NCBI GenBank assembly: GCA_009780015.1
Contig: WRAW01000002.1
Span: 12-64,011 of the forward strand
DNA: 64,000 bases
DNA from: Defluviitaleaceae bacterium
GTDB taxonomy: Bacteria; Bacillota; Clostridia; Lachnospirales; WRAA01
Direction: 5' to 3'
Shown here: one piece after another, positions 46,188 through 56,225 of the stretch
How positions within the stretch are numbered: the stretch's first letter is position 1
Layout of the letters: each line of letters opens with the position of its first letter
Position numbers and translations under genes: made by a program
Notes under the pieces: model-generated
Databases searched by the model: none
What the model was told of the DNA's origin: nothing
The model's input: only the letters and a program-made list of their open reading frames with translations

Positions 46188-47183
46188 ATGAGTTTTATAG
46201 CAAGCATTAAGGAGAGGGCAAAGGCCGCAAACAAGAAGATCGTGCTGCCGGAATCCTACGAAGCGCGCAACTTGGCCGCCGCCGCCAAGATACTGGAGGA
46301 AGGAATTGCCCAGGTAATCCTGATTGGTGAAGAGGCTAAGCTCAAGGAAGCCGCCGCCGGTCAGGACATCAGCAAGGCTATCATAATCGACCCTTCAAAC
46401 TATGACAGAATGCCCGAATTGTGCCAAAGGCTCCACGAGCTCCGTAAATCCAAGGGACTGAGCCTTGAGGATGCCGAAAAACTGCTCAAGGAAGACCCGC
46501 TTTACCTGGGCGTAATGCTGGTTAAGGAAGAGATCGCCGACGGCATGGTCTCCGGCGCGATCCATGCCACAGCCGACGTGCTTCGCCCAGCGCTGCAGAT
46601 ACTAAAGACGACGCCCGGCGTCAGCCTTGTGTCCTCGTTCTTTATAATGGTCGTGCCCAACTGCGAATTTGGTGACGACGGAGTGTTCGTATTCTCGGAT
46701 TGCGGCCTGGTGCAAAACCCGAACGCCGAAGAGCTGGCGGCCATCGCCGTTTCATCGGCGGCGTCCTTCGAGCAGATAATGGGCAAGCAGGCGCGCGTTG
46801 CGATGCTCTCGCATTCCACCAAGGGGTCTGCTAAGCATGCCGATGTGGACAAGGTCGCCCAGGCAACCGATATCGCCAAGAAGTCCAACCCTTCGCTGCT
46901 TCTGGACGGCGAACTGCAGCTTGACGCCGCCATCGTGCCCGCTATCGGCGCGTCGAAGGCAAAGGGCTCCGACGTGGCGGGCCGCGCGAACGTGGTAATT
47001 TTCCCGGATCTTGACGCCGGAAACATAGGCTACAAGCTGGTAGAGCGTCTGGCAAAGGCGGAAGCGTTCGGCCCAGTGACCCAAGGCATCGCCAAGCCCG
47101 TCAACGACCTGTCCAGAGGCTGCTCCGCCGACGATATAGTGGGAGTCGCGGCCATAACCGCGCTGCAGGCCGCCGCAAAGTAA
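46188..47183 (+). CDS. pta: Phosphate acetyltransferase
   Basis: The protein is full-length PTA_PTB-like (VLPESYE, SGAIHATADVLRPALQI, MLSHSTKGS). It lies adjacent to ackA. Confidence 0.9.
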   Translation: MSFIASIKERAKAANKKIVLPESYEARNLAAAAKILEEGIAQVILIGEEAKLKEAAAGQDISKAIIIDPSNYDRMPELCQRLHELRKSKGLSLEDAEKLLKEDPLYLGVMLVKEEIADGMVSGAIHATADVLRPALQILKTTPGVSLVSSFFIMVVPNCEFGDDGVFVFSDCGLVQNPNAEELAAIAVSSAASFEQIMGKQARVAMLSHSTKGSAKHADVDKVAQATDIAKKSNPSLLLDGELQLDAAIVPAIGASKAKGSDVAGRANVVIFPDLDAGNIGYKLVERLAKAEAFGPVTQGIAKPVNDLSRGCSADDIVGVAAITALQAAAK

Positions 47184-47382
47184 TTTTGATTGATGGGAGG
47201 GGAGGCTCTTGAATAAATTTGAAGCTAAAGCTCTTTTCAAAGCAATGAGAATACTTGTCAGAGACAAAAACTTGGAAGGTTTGGAAGAGGTCATCGACGG
47301 TACTTGAAGAAATTGACCAAGGCAAGAAACATACTAAAAAAAGGTCAGATAAAACACAGGGGTAAAGGAGTATACGAAAATT

Positions 47383-48579
47383 ATGAAAATACTAGTACTG
47401 AATTGTGGTAGCTCATCTCTTAAATACCAACTTATCGACATGTCGAACGAGAACGTTCTGGCCAAGGGTCTTTGTGAGCGCATCGGCATTGACGGCTCCA
47501 ACATGAAGCATTCCCCGGCGGGCAAGGACGACTACAAGGTCGAGACGCCAATGCCTTCCCACAAGGACGCGGTTAAGCTCGTGCTGGACGCGCTGGTTGA
47601 CGGCAGCCATGGCGTAATCGCGAATATCGGCGAAATTAACGCTTGCGGTCATAGAGTGGTTCATGGCGGAGAAGACTTCGCGCAGTCGGTAGTAATCTGC
47701 GACAAAGTAAAAAAGGCTCTTGAAACCTGCTCCCAACTGGCTCCGCTCCACAACCCGGCCAACATCATAGGCATAGAGGCTTGCGAAGCCCAGCTCCCGA
47801 ACGTTCCGCAAATCGCCGTGTTCGATACGTCCTTCCATCAGACGATGCCCGAGAAGGCGTATCTTTACGCTCTTCCTTACGAATACTACGAAAAGCACAA
47901 AATCCGCAAGTACGGATTCCACGGGACAAGCCACCGCTATGTTTCGCAGGAAGCCGCCAAGCTCCTTGGAAAGCCGATTGAAAGCCTGAAGCTAGTTAGC
48001 TGCCACCTTGGAAACGGAGCAAGCGTGTGCGCCATAGACGGCGGCAAGTCCGTCGACACTTCCATGGGTCTTACGCCGCTTGAAGGTCTGGCCATGGGAA
48101 CCCGCTGCGGCGACCTTGACCCGGCTGTCCTCACGTTCATAATGGACAAGGAGGGGCTCAGCGCTCAGGCTGTGGTCGACGTGTTTAACAAGAAGTCGGG
48201 CGTGCTTGGCGTGTCGGGCGTTTCCAGCGACTTCAGAGATGTCGAGTCGGCGGCGGCCGGAGGCAATGCCCGCGCTCAGGCCGCGCTTGACCTTTACTAT
48301 TATAGGGTCGCCAAGTATGTAGGCGAATATGCCGCCGCGATGAACGGCGTCGACGCCATAATCTTCACGGCCGGTCTTGGCGAAAACTCAAAGGATGCCC
48401 GCGCGAAAATCTGCGGCTATCTTTCATACCTTGGCGTAGAAGTCGATTCCGCCAAGAACGACGTTCGCGGCAAAGCCGCCGATTTCAGCGCGGACGGCGC
48501 GAAGGTGCGCGCCCTGACCATCCCCACCAACGAGGAGCTTGTAATCGCGCGCGATACAAAAGAATTGCTTGACAAGTAG
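47383..48579 (+). CDS. ackA: Acetate kinase
   Basis: Motifs are [34 protein letters not shown] and GFHGTSH. Confidence 0.95.
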   Translation: MKILVLNCGSSSLKYQLIDMSNENVLAKGLCERIGIDGSNMKHSPAGKDDYKVETPMPSHKDAVKLVLDALVDGSHGVIANIGEINACGHRVVHGGEDFAQSVVICDKVKKALETCSQLAPLHNPANIIGIEACEAQLPNVPQIAVFDTSFHQTMPEKAYLYALPYEYYEKHKIRKYGFHGTSHRYVSQEAAKLLGKPIESLKLVSCHLGNGASVCAIDGGKSVDTSMGLTPLEGLAMGTRCGDLDPAVLTFIMDKEGLSAQAVVDVFNKKSGVLGVSGVSSDFRDVESAAAGGNARAQAALDLYYYRVAKYVGEYAAAMNGVDAIIFTAGLGENSKDARAKICGYLSYLGVEVDSAKNDVRGKAADFSADGAKVRALTIPTNEELVIARDTKELLDK

Positions 48580-48600
48580 AATCAATGTGATTATAATTCA

Positions 48601-49095
48601 ATGATGATAATTGACGTAAAATCACTGAGAGTAGGCGTGCCGCAAGATTTCGAGTGCGTTTCGCTTAGGAGCCTGCCGGAAAGTTACGGTGCGACATCCC
48701 CGTGTCCGTCAAGGATTCACGGGCGGGTAACCAAGGTCGACACCGGCGCAGTCGTATGTGAAGGCGAGTTGACCGCAAAGCTCAGGTTCGAGTGCGGCCG
48801 CTGTCTTGATGCTGTCGAGCACGAACTGTCCATGGGTTTCCAGGAAAAAATTGAGCTGGCGGCTCACGACGACGTAATCGACATATCCTCTCTCGTAGAC
48901 GAAAATATTATCCTAAATATTCCGCAAAAAGTTCTTTGCGGCGAAGAATGTAAGGGGTTATGCCCTGTTTGCGGCGCAAGCCTGAACCTGCGGGACTGCG
49001 GCTGTGAACGCGGCGGCGACTCAAAATTTGCCGCACTAAAGAACTTGCTACAAAGCGAAGGAGGTGAACGCGATGGCAATTTGCCCAAAAGGTAA
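48601..49095 (+). CDS. yceD: YceD/DUF177 family protein (large-subunit ribosomal RNA accumulation protein)
   Basis: The Cys motif is CGEECKGLCPVCGASLNLRDCGCE. It sits in the conserved position upstream of rpmF. Confidence 0.8.
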   Translation: MMIIDVKSLRVGVPQDFECVSLRSLPESYGATSPCPSRIHGRVTKVDTGAVVCEGELTAKLRFECGRCLDAVEHELSMGFQEKIELAAHDDVIDISSLVDENIILNIPQKVLCGEECKGLCPVCGASLNLRDCGCERGGDSKFAALKNLLQSEGGERDGNLPKR

Positions 49096-49255
49096 GTTAT
49101 CGAAAGCCAGACGCGACAAGAGAAGAGCCCAGACCTGGAAGATATCGATGCCAAACCTTGTTAAGTGCAGAAAATGCAGTGAGCTTGTGATGTCCCACAG
49201 AGTTTGCAAGGCTTGCGGTTCCTACAATAGACGTGAAGTTGTAAAGGTTGACTAA
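49073..49255 (+). CDS. rpmF: 50S ribosomal protein L32
   Basis: The sequence MAICPKGKLSKARRDKRRA....C..C......HRVC..CG.Y is L32-like. A GGAGGTG ribosome-binding site lies upstream. Confidence 0.9.
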   Translation: MAICPKGKLSKARRDKRRAQTWKISMPNLVKCRKCSELVMSHRVCKACGSYNRREVVKVD

Positions 49256-49261
49256 GCTTCC

Positions 49262-50311
49262 ATGATAGACGGCAAATATGTAATAGCATTGGATTCGATG
49301 GGCGGCGATAATGCCCCCGCAGCGATTGTTGCGGGGGCGGTTGCCGCGTCCCGGGCCAACCAGGACGTGATGCTACTGCTGGTAGGCAAGGACGACGCCA
49401 TATCCTCTGAGCTGAAAAAACATGATTACGACAAGAGCCGCATAAGAATAATCAGCGCGGCAAGCGTGGTTACGGACGACGACCACCCCGCCGCAGCCAT
49501 AAAGTCCAAGAAGGACTCCTCGATGGTTGTCGGCCTGAACCTGCTCAAGTCTAAACAGGCGGAAGCCTTTGTAAGCGCGGGAAATACCGGAGCGCTGCTT
49601 GCCGGTTCCACTCTTATCGTCGGGCGGACAAAGGGTATCGAGCGCCCCGCCATTGCGACGGTTATCCCGACCACTGAGCGGCCCTTTCTCCTGATTGACA
49701 GCGGAGCTAACGTGGACTGCAAACCCTCATACCTTGCGCAATTCGCCATGATGGGGGAAATTTATATGGAATCCGTACTGGGTGTGGAAGCGCCGCGAGT
49801 CGGCCTCGTAAATATCGGTACGGAAGAGGAAAAGGGAAACGCGCAGGCCAAGGAAGCCCACCAGCTTCTACGCCGGTCGGGGCTGAACTTCGTCGGCAAT
49901 ATCGAAGCCAAGGAACTCCCGTACGGCGCGGTGGATGTAGCTGTCTGCGACGGCTTTGTCGGCAACGTCGTCCTAAAGCTCTTCGAGGGTCTGTCCAAGG
50001 CGATACTAGGCATGATTAAGAACGCGCTCTCATCAAGCCTTACGGCCAAGATAGGGGCTCTGCTGTCCATGAGTGCGCTCAGGGGTCTAAAGAAGAGATT
50101 CGACGTGAGCGACGTCGGCGGCGCGCCGTTTTTGGGCCTGAACTCGCTGGTTGTGAAGGCTCACGGCTCGTCGGACGCCCGCGCCGTAACCGGCGCGATA
50201 AACCAGTGCGTTATATTCATATCCAGCGACATAATCACCAAGGTTGAGCAAAACTTGCTGGCCGGTGAAACCGCCTCCAAGCAACTACAGCCTGAAAAGG
50301 AGAATGACTAA
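49262..50311 (+). CDS. plsX: Phosphate acyltransferase PlsX
   Basis: Motifs are [19 protein letters not shown] and VVKAHGSSD. Confidence 0.9.
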   Translation: MIDGKYVIALDSMGGDNAPAAIVAGAVAASRANQDVMLLLVGKDDAISSELKKHDYDKSRIRIISAASVVTDDDHPAAAIKSKKDSSMVVGLNLLKSKQAEAFVSAGNTGALLAGSTLIVGRTKGIERPAIATVIPTTERPFLLIDSGANVDCKPSYLAQFAMMGEIYMESVLGVEAPRVGLVNIGTEEEKGNAQAKEAHQLLRRSGLNFVGNIEAKELPYGAVDVAVCDGFVGNVVLKLFEGLSKAILGMIKNALSSSLTAKIGALLSMSALRGLKKRFDVSDVGGAPFLGLNSLVVKAHGSSDARAVTGAINQCVIFISSDIITKVEQNLLAGETASKQLQPEKEND

Positions 50312-50544
50312 TGGAATTTGAAAAGATTAGATCAATAATTGCCGATCAAATGAGTATTTCCGAAGATAAAATAACTCTCGAGACATCCTTCACAGACGAC
50401 CTCGGAGCGGATTCCCTGGACATCTTCCAGGTAATCTCCGAGCTTGAGGAAGAATTTAATATGGAATTTTCTAACGACGCCGCCGAAAAAATTAAGACAG
50501 TAGGGGACGCCGTTGAGTATATCAAGGAACACGCCGGGGAATAG
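50311..50544 (+). CDS. acpP: Acyl carrier protein
   Basis: The phosphopantetheine attachment motif DLGADSLD is present. The protein is 77 aa. Confidence 0.9.
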   Translation: MEFEKIRSIIADQMSISEDKITLETSFTDDLGADSLDIFQVISELEEEFNMEFSNDAAEKIKTVGDAVEYIKEHAGE

Positions 50545-50607
50545 TTTAATAAACAGGGACGAGCCGTGATTCACGGCTCGTCATGCCATTCGCGGGTGTG
50601 TTGATTT

Positions 50608-51279
50608 ATGGACAGTTCACTGCTTAATTACGAATTTAATGACAATATTCTTTTGGAGTTGGCGCTTACGCACAGCTCTTTTTCCAATGAGAACAATCTC
50701 CCGGCCAGCAACCAGAGACTGGAGTTTTTGGGTGACGCCGTGCTGGAGCTTGTTATCAGCGACATGCTGTATTGCAGCTATCCCGAGATGGATGAGGGAG
50801 AACTGACCAAGCTGCGCGCTTCCATAGTCTGCGAACCCAGCCTGTGTGAGGTTGCCAAGAATATCAGCCTGGGAAAGAGGATACTCCTTGGCAACGGCGA
50901 GGAAATGTCGGGGGGCCGCGAGCGCGGTTCAATCCTTTCAGACGCGCTGGAGGCCGTCATCGGAGCTATCTACCTCGACGGCGGGCTCGAGAGCGTCCGG
51001 GAATTTATCCGGTCCAACTTTTCGGACAAGCTCGAGAGCGGCGCCGCGCAAGGCTTCGAGGCCGATTACAAGTCGCGCCTTCAGGAGATCGTCCAGAATC
51101 GCTCAAAGAGCACCATCGTTTACAAAATCGTCGCCGAAGAAGGCCCGGATCATGACAAGCGCTTCACGGCCGAGGCTGTTAAAGATACGCGCGTTGTAGG
51201 CCGGGGCGGCGGCAAGACAAAGAAAGATGCGGAGCAGCAGGCCGCCCTGGCCGCGTTAAAACGCATGGGCCTGGCATGA
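50608..51279 (+). CDS. rnc: Ribonuclease III
   Basis: The RNase III signature is NQRLEFLGDAVLELV. A C-terminal dsRBD (GPDHDKRF...GGGKTKKDAEQQAA) follows. Confidence 0.9.
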   Translation: MDSSLLNYEFNDNILLELALTHSSFSNENNLPASNQRLEFLGDAVLELVISDMLYCSYPEMDEGELTKLRASIVCEPSLCEVAKNISLGKRILLGNGEEMSGGRERGSILSDALEAVIGAIYLDGGLESVREFIRSNFSDKLESGAAQGFEADYKSRLQEIVQNRSKSTIVYKIVAEEGPDHDKRFTAEAVKDTRVVGRGGGKTKKDAEQQAALAALKRMGLA

Positions 51280-52508
51280 GTAACCGCTTGATTGTAATCG
51301 GCGGCGGCCCTGCCGGGATGATTGCCGCCGGGACAGCCGCAAGGCTCGGCTATGATACGGAGCTGCTCGAGAAGAACGACAAGCTCGGCAGGAAGCTCTA
51401 CCTGACTGGGAAAGGCCGCTGTAACGTCACCAACGCCGCCGATCCTCAGGATGTGATCGAGCGCAAGATCATCGCGAATCCGTCGTTCATGTACAGTTCT
51501 TTATATACCTTCGACAGTTTCCGGCTGACCGAATTGCTGGCCGAGCATGGTGCTCAGACGGTGACCGAGCGCGGCGGACGTGTATTCCCGGCTTCAGGAA
51601 AGGCAAGCGACGTCACGCGCGCGCTCGAGCGATACCTTGCGGCGGGAGGAGTTCGTGTCCGCCTGGGCTCCCAAGTATCGAAAATATCTGTCGAAGATGG
51701 TTCAGTTTCCGGCGTTGTTGTAAGCGGCGGACTGATCGAGACTCGCCGTGTGATCGTGGCAACGGGCGGGCTGTCCTATCCGGCCACGGGTTCCACGGGC
51801 GACGGATACCGCTTTGCGAAGAGCCTTGGCCATAGCGTGACCAAGCTTCACCCTGCGCTGTGTTCCATGCATGTCCGTGAAAATTTTGTCGCAGAGCTTG
51901 AGGGGCTGTCACTCAGAAACGTCGGAATCGTAGTGCGTGTCGGCGGAAAGACGCTATACAAGGACTTCGGAGAAATGCTGTTCACCGACAGGGGCGTGTC
52001 AGGGCCGCTGATCCTTTCGGCTCAGCGCCGTCTTATCGGACGTTTTGCCGATTCGCCCGAACTCTCCATAGACCTAAAGCCGGCGCTTGACGAACTCACA
52101 CTGGAACAGAGAATCCTTGATGACTTCGAGCGGCATAACAACCGCAGCTTCAAGAACAGCCTTGACGAGCTGCTTCCCAGAAAACTGATCCCCATAATAG
52201 TTCGGCGATCGGCCGTATCTCCTGAAAAGCCGGTCAACGCCGTGACGAAGGGAGAACGCAGAAATCTTGTGCGCCTGTTAAAAGATTTTACCCTGGAGAT
52301 CACCGGAAGCGGCGGTTTCGACGAAGCAGTGGTGACAAGCGGCGGTGTCAGCGTATCCGAAATAAACCCAAGTACAATGCAGTCAAAGATCGTCAAGGGT
52401 CTCTACTTTGCCGGCGAAGTCCTTGACGTGGACGCCCTGACAGGCGGCTACAACTTACAGATAGCCTTCTCAACGGGCTACCTTGCGGGACTGCAACTGG
52501 AGGGATAA
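51276..52508 (+). CDS. HI0933/YhiN (BaiN-like) family FAD-dependent oxidoreductase
   Basis: Motifs are VIGGGPAGMIAA, TGKGRCNVTN and ATGGLSYPATGSTGDGY. Confidence 0.8.
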   Translation: MSNRLIVIGGGPAGMIAAGTAARLGYDTELLEKNDKLGRKLYLTGKGRCNVTNAADPQDVIERKIIANPSFMYSSLYTFDSFRLTELLAEHGAQTVTERGGRVFPASGKASDVTRALERYLAAGGVRVRLGSQVSKISVEDGSVSGVVVSGGLIETRRVIVATGGLSYPATGSTGDGYRFAKSLGHSVTKLHPALCSMHVRENFVAELEGLSLRNVGIVVRVGGKTLYKDFGEMLFTDRGVSGPLILSAQRRLIGRFADSPELSIDLKPALDELTLEQRILDDFERHNNRSFKNSLDELLPRKLIPIIVRRSAVSPEKPVNAVTKGERRNLVRLLKDFTLEITGSGGFDEAVVTSGGVSVSEINPSTMQSKIVKGLYFAGEVLDVDALTGGYNLQIAFSTGYLAGLQLEG

Positions 52509-52510
52509 TC

Positions 52511-53188
52511 ATGAAGCGCGCAATCGCAATAGACGGCCCAAACGGCGCGGGAAAGTCGACAATAGCCAGAAGCGTCGCGGACAGGCTAGGCTTCGCGTAT
52601 GTGGATACAGGCGCGTTTTACCGCGCTGTCGGTCTGTTCTGCGTGAAAATAGGGGCAAACCTCGATAATGCCGACGAGATTGAGGCGTGTTTGCCGCATG
52701 TTTCGCTCTCAGTGGAATATGTTAACTCACGCCAGATGACATACATAAACGGCATGAATATGACTGCCGATATACGAACGCAAGCCGCTGCGGAAGCCGC
52801 GTCGAAGTCGGCGCGCGTGCCAAGCCTTCGCGAGAAGGTCGTCGAACTCTCGCGCAGTATATCAAAGGATGAGAACGTCGTAATGGACGGCCGCGACATA
52901 GGCACGGTAGTACTGCCGGACGCCGACCTAAAGATATACCTTGACGCCGGCTTAGAAACCCGGACGTGCCGCCGCCTTTCCGAGCTTAGGGACAGCGGTC
53001 AGAGCGCGGAATACGAAGCCGTGTTGCAAGAGATAATTGAGCGCGACCACAGGGATAGTACGCGCGCGAGTTCGCCGCTTAGAGTGGCCGAAGGCGCGGT
53101 TGTGATCGACTCCAGCGACATGAGCGTAGAACAAGTATGCGACATAATTGTTAAAGAACTGGAGATGGCGAAAGGAAGGCAGTTATGA
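52511..53188 (+). CDS. cmk: Cytidylate kinase
   Basis: Motifs are IAIDGPNGAGKSTIA, YVDTGAFYR and DGRDIGTVV. Confidence 0.9.
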   Translation: MKRAIAIDGPNGAGKSTIARSVADRLGFAYVDTGAFYRAVGLFCVKIGANLDNADEIEACLPHVSLSVEYVNSRQMTYINGMNMTADIRTQAAAEAASKSARVPSLREKVVELSRSISKDENVVMDGRDIGTVVLPDADLKIYLDAGLETRTCRRLSELRDSGQSAEYEAVLQEIIERDHRDSTRASSPLRVAEGAVVIDSSDMSVEQVCDIIVKELEMAKGRQL

Positions 53189-55272
53189 TCGAGATAGTCG
53201 TAGGCAAGTACGCCGGATTCTGCTATGGCGTCTCACGCGCGCTGAAAACTGTTGACGACAATGCCGGAAAACGGTTGTGTACATACGGCGCCATCACCAA
53301 CAATAAGCAAGTAACGGCGGCTCTCGAGTCCCACGGTGTAAGAATTGTTGAAGACGTCAATGAGATAGCGCCCGACGGATCAGAAACGGTTATCATACGC
53401 GCGCACGGCGTCGCGCCGGAGATATACGACCGGTTGGAGGCCGGGGGAATCGACTATATCGACGCAACCTGCCCGGATGTCAAGAAAATTCATAATCTGG
53501 TGAAAAAAGCCCGCGAAGCTGGGAATACTGTAATAATAATCGGAAACCCGGGTCATCCTGAAATAGTCGGAATTACGGGCTATGCCGGAGACGACGCTAT
53601 AGTGCTTGCGGATGTGGATCAAGCCGCTGTGTTTGAGCCGGTACGGGGGGTCTCGTACTCCCTTGTGGTTCAAACCACATTCGATAATAAAAAATTTGAC
53701 GAAATTGTGGGCGTATTGTCTGCTAAAATAGATAATTTGGATATCAACAATAGCATTTGTACGTCTATGTATAGGAGGCAGCTAGAAGCGGAAGAGCTCT
53801 CTAAAGCCTGTGATATCATGGTTGTGATAGGAGACCGCACAAGTTCCAACACTATCAAACTTTATGAAATTTGTACAAAGAATTGCAAAAACACACATTT
53901 GATTGAAACTACGACAGATTTAATGTTGAATATTCCAGGACAAAGTGTTAAAATTGGGGTAGTGGCCGGAGCATCCACACCGCCTGCCACAATAAAGGAG
54001 GCTGTCTTACTAATGAATTCACTTGATAACACTCAACATGAACATGACCAAACGCTGGACAACAGCCCGGAAAACCAATCCGAAAGCCAATCTTTTGAAG
54101 AAATGCTTAACAAGACTTTTGTTTCATTACATACAGGAGACGTAGTTACGGGAACGGTTATATCGGTCTCGAACGGCGAAGTGAGCGTAAGCCTTGGATA
54201 CAAGTCCGACGGCATAATACCTCGCGACGAGTTCTCGACGAACCCGGCCGACGATCCCGCGAAGCTGCTGAAGCCCGGTGATGAAATAGAGGTTTTTGTC
54301 GTAAGGGTAAACGATGGCGACGGAAACGTAATGCTTTCCAAGAAGAAGCTCGATTCGCAGAAGAGCCTGCTTGCGCTTGAACAGGCGTTCGAGTCCAAGA
54401 CTCCTGTTGCCGGCAAGGTGATGGAGATCGTCAAGGGCGGCGTTATCGCGCTTGTTGACGGAATACGCGTGTTTGTGCCTAAGTCACAGGTTTCGAGCCG
54501 GTTTATCAAGGATGACAAGCTTCCTCAGTTGGTCGGTCAGGAGTTTAGCTACGAAATCCTGGAGTTTGACAGGGGACGCAAGCGCATCGTGGGCGGAAGG
54601 CGCGCGCTTGCCGCACGCGAAGAAAACGAGGCTCGCGACCGTATATTTGACCGCCTCGAGATCGGAAGCCAGGTCGACGGAACTATCAGTCGTATCACAA
54701 ACTTCGGTGCGTTTGTAGATCTTGGCGGTATCGACGGCCTTCTGCACATTTCGCAGCTATCATGGGGCAGGGTCAAGAAAGTGTCAGACGTTCTAGCCGA
54801 AGGCGATCTTGTTAAGGTCGTCGTGCTGAGTGCAAACCGCGAGAAGGGCAAGATATCGCTCTCGCTGAAGGACATCAAGGAAGACCCATGGAAGACTATC
54901 GACCAAAAATATGAGATCGGCCAGGTTGTGACCGGCAAGGTTGTGCGGATGGCTCCGTTTGGCGCATTTATCGAGCTTGAAGAGGGTATCGACGGACTTG
55001 TGCACGTTTCGCAGATCGCGCACCGTCACATCGCGAAGCCCGAGGACGTTCTGTCGCTTGGCGAAGAAATAACTCTCAAGGTAATCAACATCGACAAGGA
55101 GAGCAGCAAGATAAGCCTTTCCAAAAAGGAAATGGACGCCCCGCCGGATGAAGAGGAAAATTCCGATTCCTACGATGATTATAGCGACGAAGATGTCGAT
55201 GACGACGACTATGATGAAGAAGATCAGGAGTCGTATCTCGAAGAGGATGAAGAAGATCCAGATAACGAATAA
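53185..55272 (+). CDS. ispH: Bifunctional IspH (HMBPP reductase) / ribosomal protein S1-like fusion with an acidic tail
   Basis: The N-terminus is IspH-like (AGFCYGVSRAL, RAHGV, ATCPDVKK). The C-terminus has four S1 domains (e.g. GAFVDLGGIDGLLHISQLS). The tail is Asp/Glu-rich. Confidence 0.85.
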   Translation: MIEIVVGKYAGFCYGVSRALKTVDDNAGKRLCTYGAITNNKQVTAALESHGVRIVEDVNEIAPDGSETVIIRAHGVAPEIYDRLEAGGIDYIDATCPDVKKIHNLVKKAREAGNTVIIIGNPGHPEIVGITGYAGDDAIVLADVDQAAVFEPVRGVSYSLVVQTTFDNKKFDEIVGVLSAKIDNLDINNSICTSMYRRQLEAEELSKACDIMVVIGDRTSSNTIKLYEICTKNCKNTHLIETTTDLMLNIPGQSVKIGVVAGASTPPATIKEAVLLMNSLDNTQHEHDQTLDNSPENQSESQSFEEMLNKTFVSLHTGDVVTGTVISVSNGEVSVSLGYKSDGIIPRDEFSTNPADDPAKLLKPGDEIEVFVVRVNDGDGNVMLSKKKLDSQKSLLALEQAFESKTPVAGKVMEIVKGGVIALVDGIRVFVPKSQVSSRFIKDDKLPQLVGQEFSYEILEFDRGRKRIVGGRRALAAREENEARDRIFDRLEIGSQVDGTISRITNFGAFVDLGGIDGLLHISQLSWGRVKKVSDVLAEGDLVKVVVLSANREKGKISLSLKDIKEDPWKTIDQKYEIGQVVTGKVVRMAPFGAFIELEEGIDGLVHVSQIAHRHIAKPEDVLSLGEEITLKVINIDKESSKISLSKKEMDAPPDEEENSDSYDDYSDEDVDDDDYDEEDQESYLEEDEEDPDNE

Positions 55273-55300
55273 TATTAAGTTCACCTGAATATAATTGCTA

Positions 55301-55327
55301 AAAGCCGGACGCTCTCCGGCTTTTGCT
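55301..55327 (+). terminator. Intrinsic terminator after ispH/S1
   Basis: The hairpin is aaagccgga-cgctc-tccggcttt, followed by tgctgc. Confidence 0.65.
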
Positions 55328-55352
55328 GCATTTGTGCTATACGGAGGTTTGA

Positions 55353-55991
55353 ATGAAAGGAACCAAGTGCATTTTTTTCGATCTGGACGGCACGCTGACC
55401 GACTCGGAGCCGGGTCTTGCAGAGTCGTTCACATACATTTTCAACAAGTATGGTGTAGACATAGGCGAGCGTAGCCTGCGACAGTTCTTCGGGCCGCCGA
55501 TATCACAGTCGCTTAGCCCTTACTTTTCCACGAAGGAAGAGGTTGAGGCGGCGGTCGCGGATTATCGTGAGCATTACCGAGAGAGATATCTGACCGGCAA
55601 CAGTCTCTATGCCGGTATCGTTGATATGCTTGACGCTCTGAAGTCGAAGGGCTACGCTCTTGCCGTCGTGACGGGCAAGCCCGAGGCAACCGCGGAAGAT
55701 ATAGTACGCCATTTCCACATACGTAAGTATTTCGACGCCGTCTGCGGAGTGTACCAAGGTCATACGGAGAAAATAGAGACGCTTAACAGGGCCTTGGAAC
55801 TGCATAGCTGCCCACCGGATCAAGCCGTGATGATTGGCGACCGCATGTATGACCTGGAAGCGGCCATGCTTGGTAAAACTGCCGGAATCGGTGTATTATG
55901 GGGCTATGGCACGCGCGAAGAACTGGAAGCGTATGACAGTCTGTTCCTGGCGAATTCGCCGTTGGAGATCGTTAAGTACTTTGAAGCATAA
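55353..55991 (+). CDS. HAD-superfamily hydrolase (phosphoglycolate phosphatase-like)
   Basis: HAD motif I is IFFDLDGTLTDS. Later motifs are VVTGK and GDRMYD. Confidence 0.85.
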   Translation: MKGTKCIFFDLDGTLTDSEPGLAESFTYIFNKYGVDIGERSLRQFFGPPISQSLSPYFSTKEEVEAAVADYREHYRERYLTGNSLYAGIVDMLDALKSKGYALAVVTGKPEATAEDIVRHFHIRKYFDAVCGVYQGHTEKIETLNRALELHSCPPDQAVMIGDRMYDLEAAMLGKTAGIGVLWGYGTREELEAYDSLFLANSPLEIVKYFEA

Positions 55992-56018
55992 CTGCCATGT
56001 ATTTAAGCTTATACTAAA

Positions 56019-56133
56019 TAGACCTTTTCGGGAATTGGGCAATGCCGGATTTGCGCGGATTTTTGCCGCAAGGCAAGGAGTGGCGCTGTATTGCGGCAAA
56101 AAGACGGCATCGACTGATTCCCGAAAAGGTCTA
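56019..56133. repeat. MITE-like palindromic intergenic element, copy E (TTTTCGG-type terminal inverted repeats)
   Basis: The terminal inverted repeats are tagaccttttcgggaat and attcccgaaaaggtcta. The inner repeat pair is gcggatttttgccgcaa and ttgcggcaaaaagac. Confidence 0.6.
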
Positions 56134-56225
56134 ATGTACAGAGAACAGGTTCCGGCTCTTGGCCACGCCCTAATCCCTATGTATTAGCATATCATGCAGT
56201 ACGTAGATCATAGGGAGTGAAGTTG

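Noticed and set aside
47209-47307. A 32-codon ORF (TTG start, MNKFEAKALFKAMRILVRDKNLEGLEEVIDGT) between pta and ackA
   Set aside because: It has a non-ATG start only about 3 nt from the GGAGG motif. It is too short to evaluate without conservation or ribosome-profiling data.
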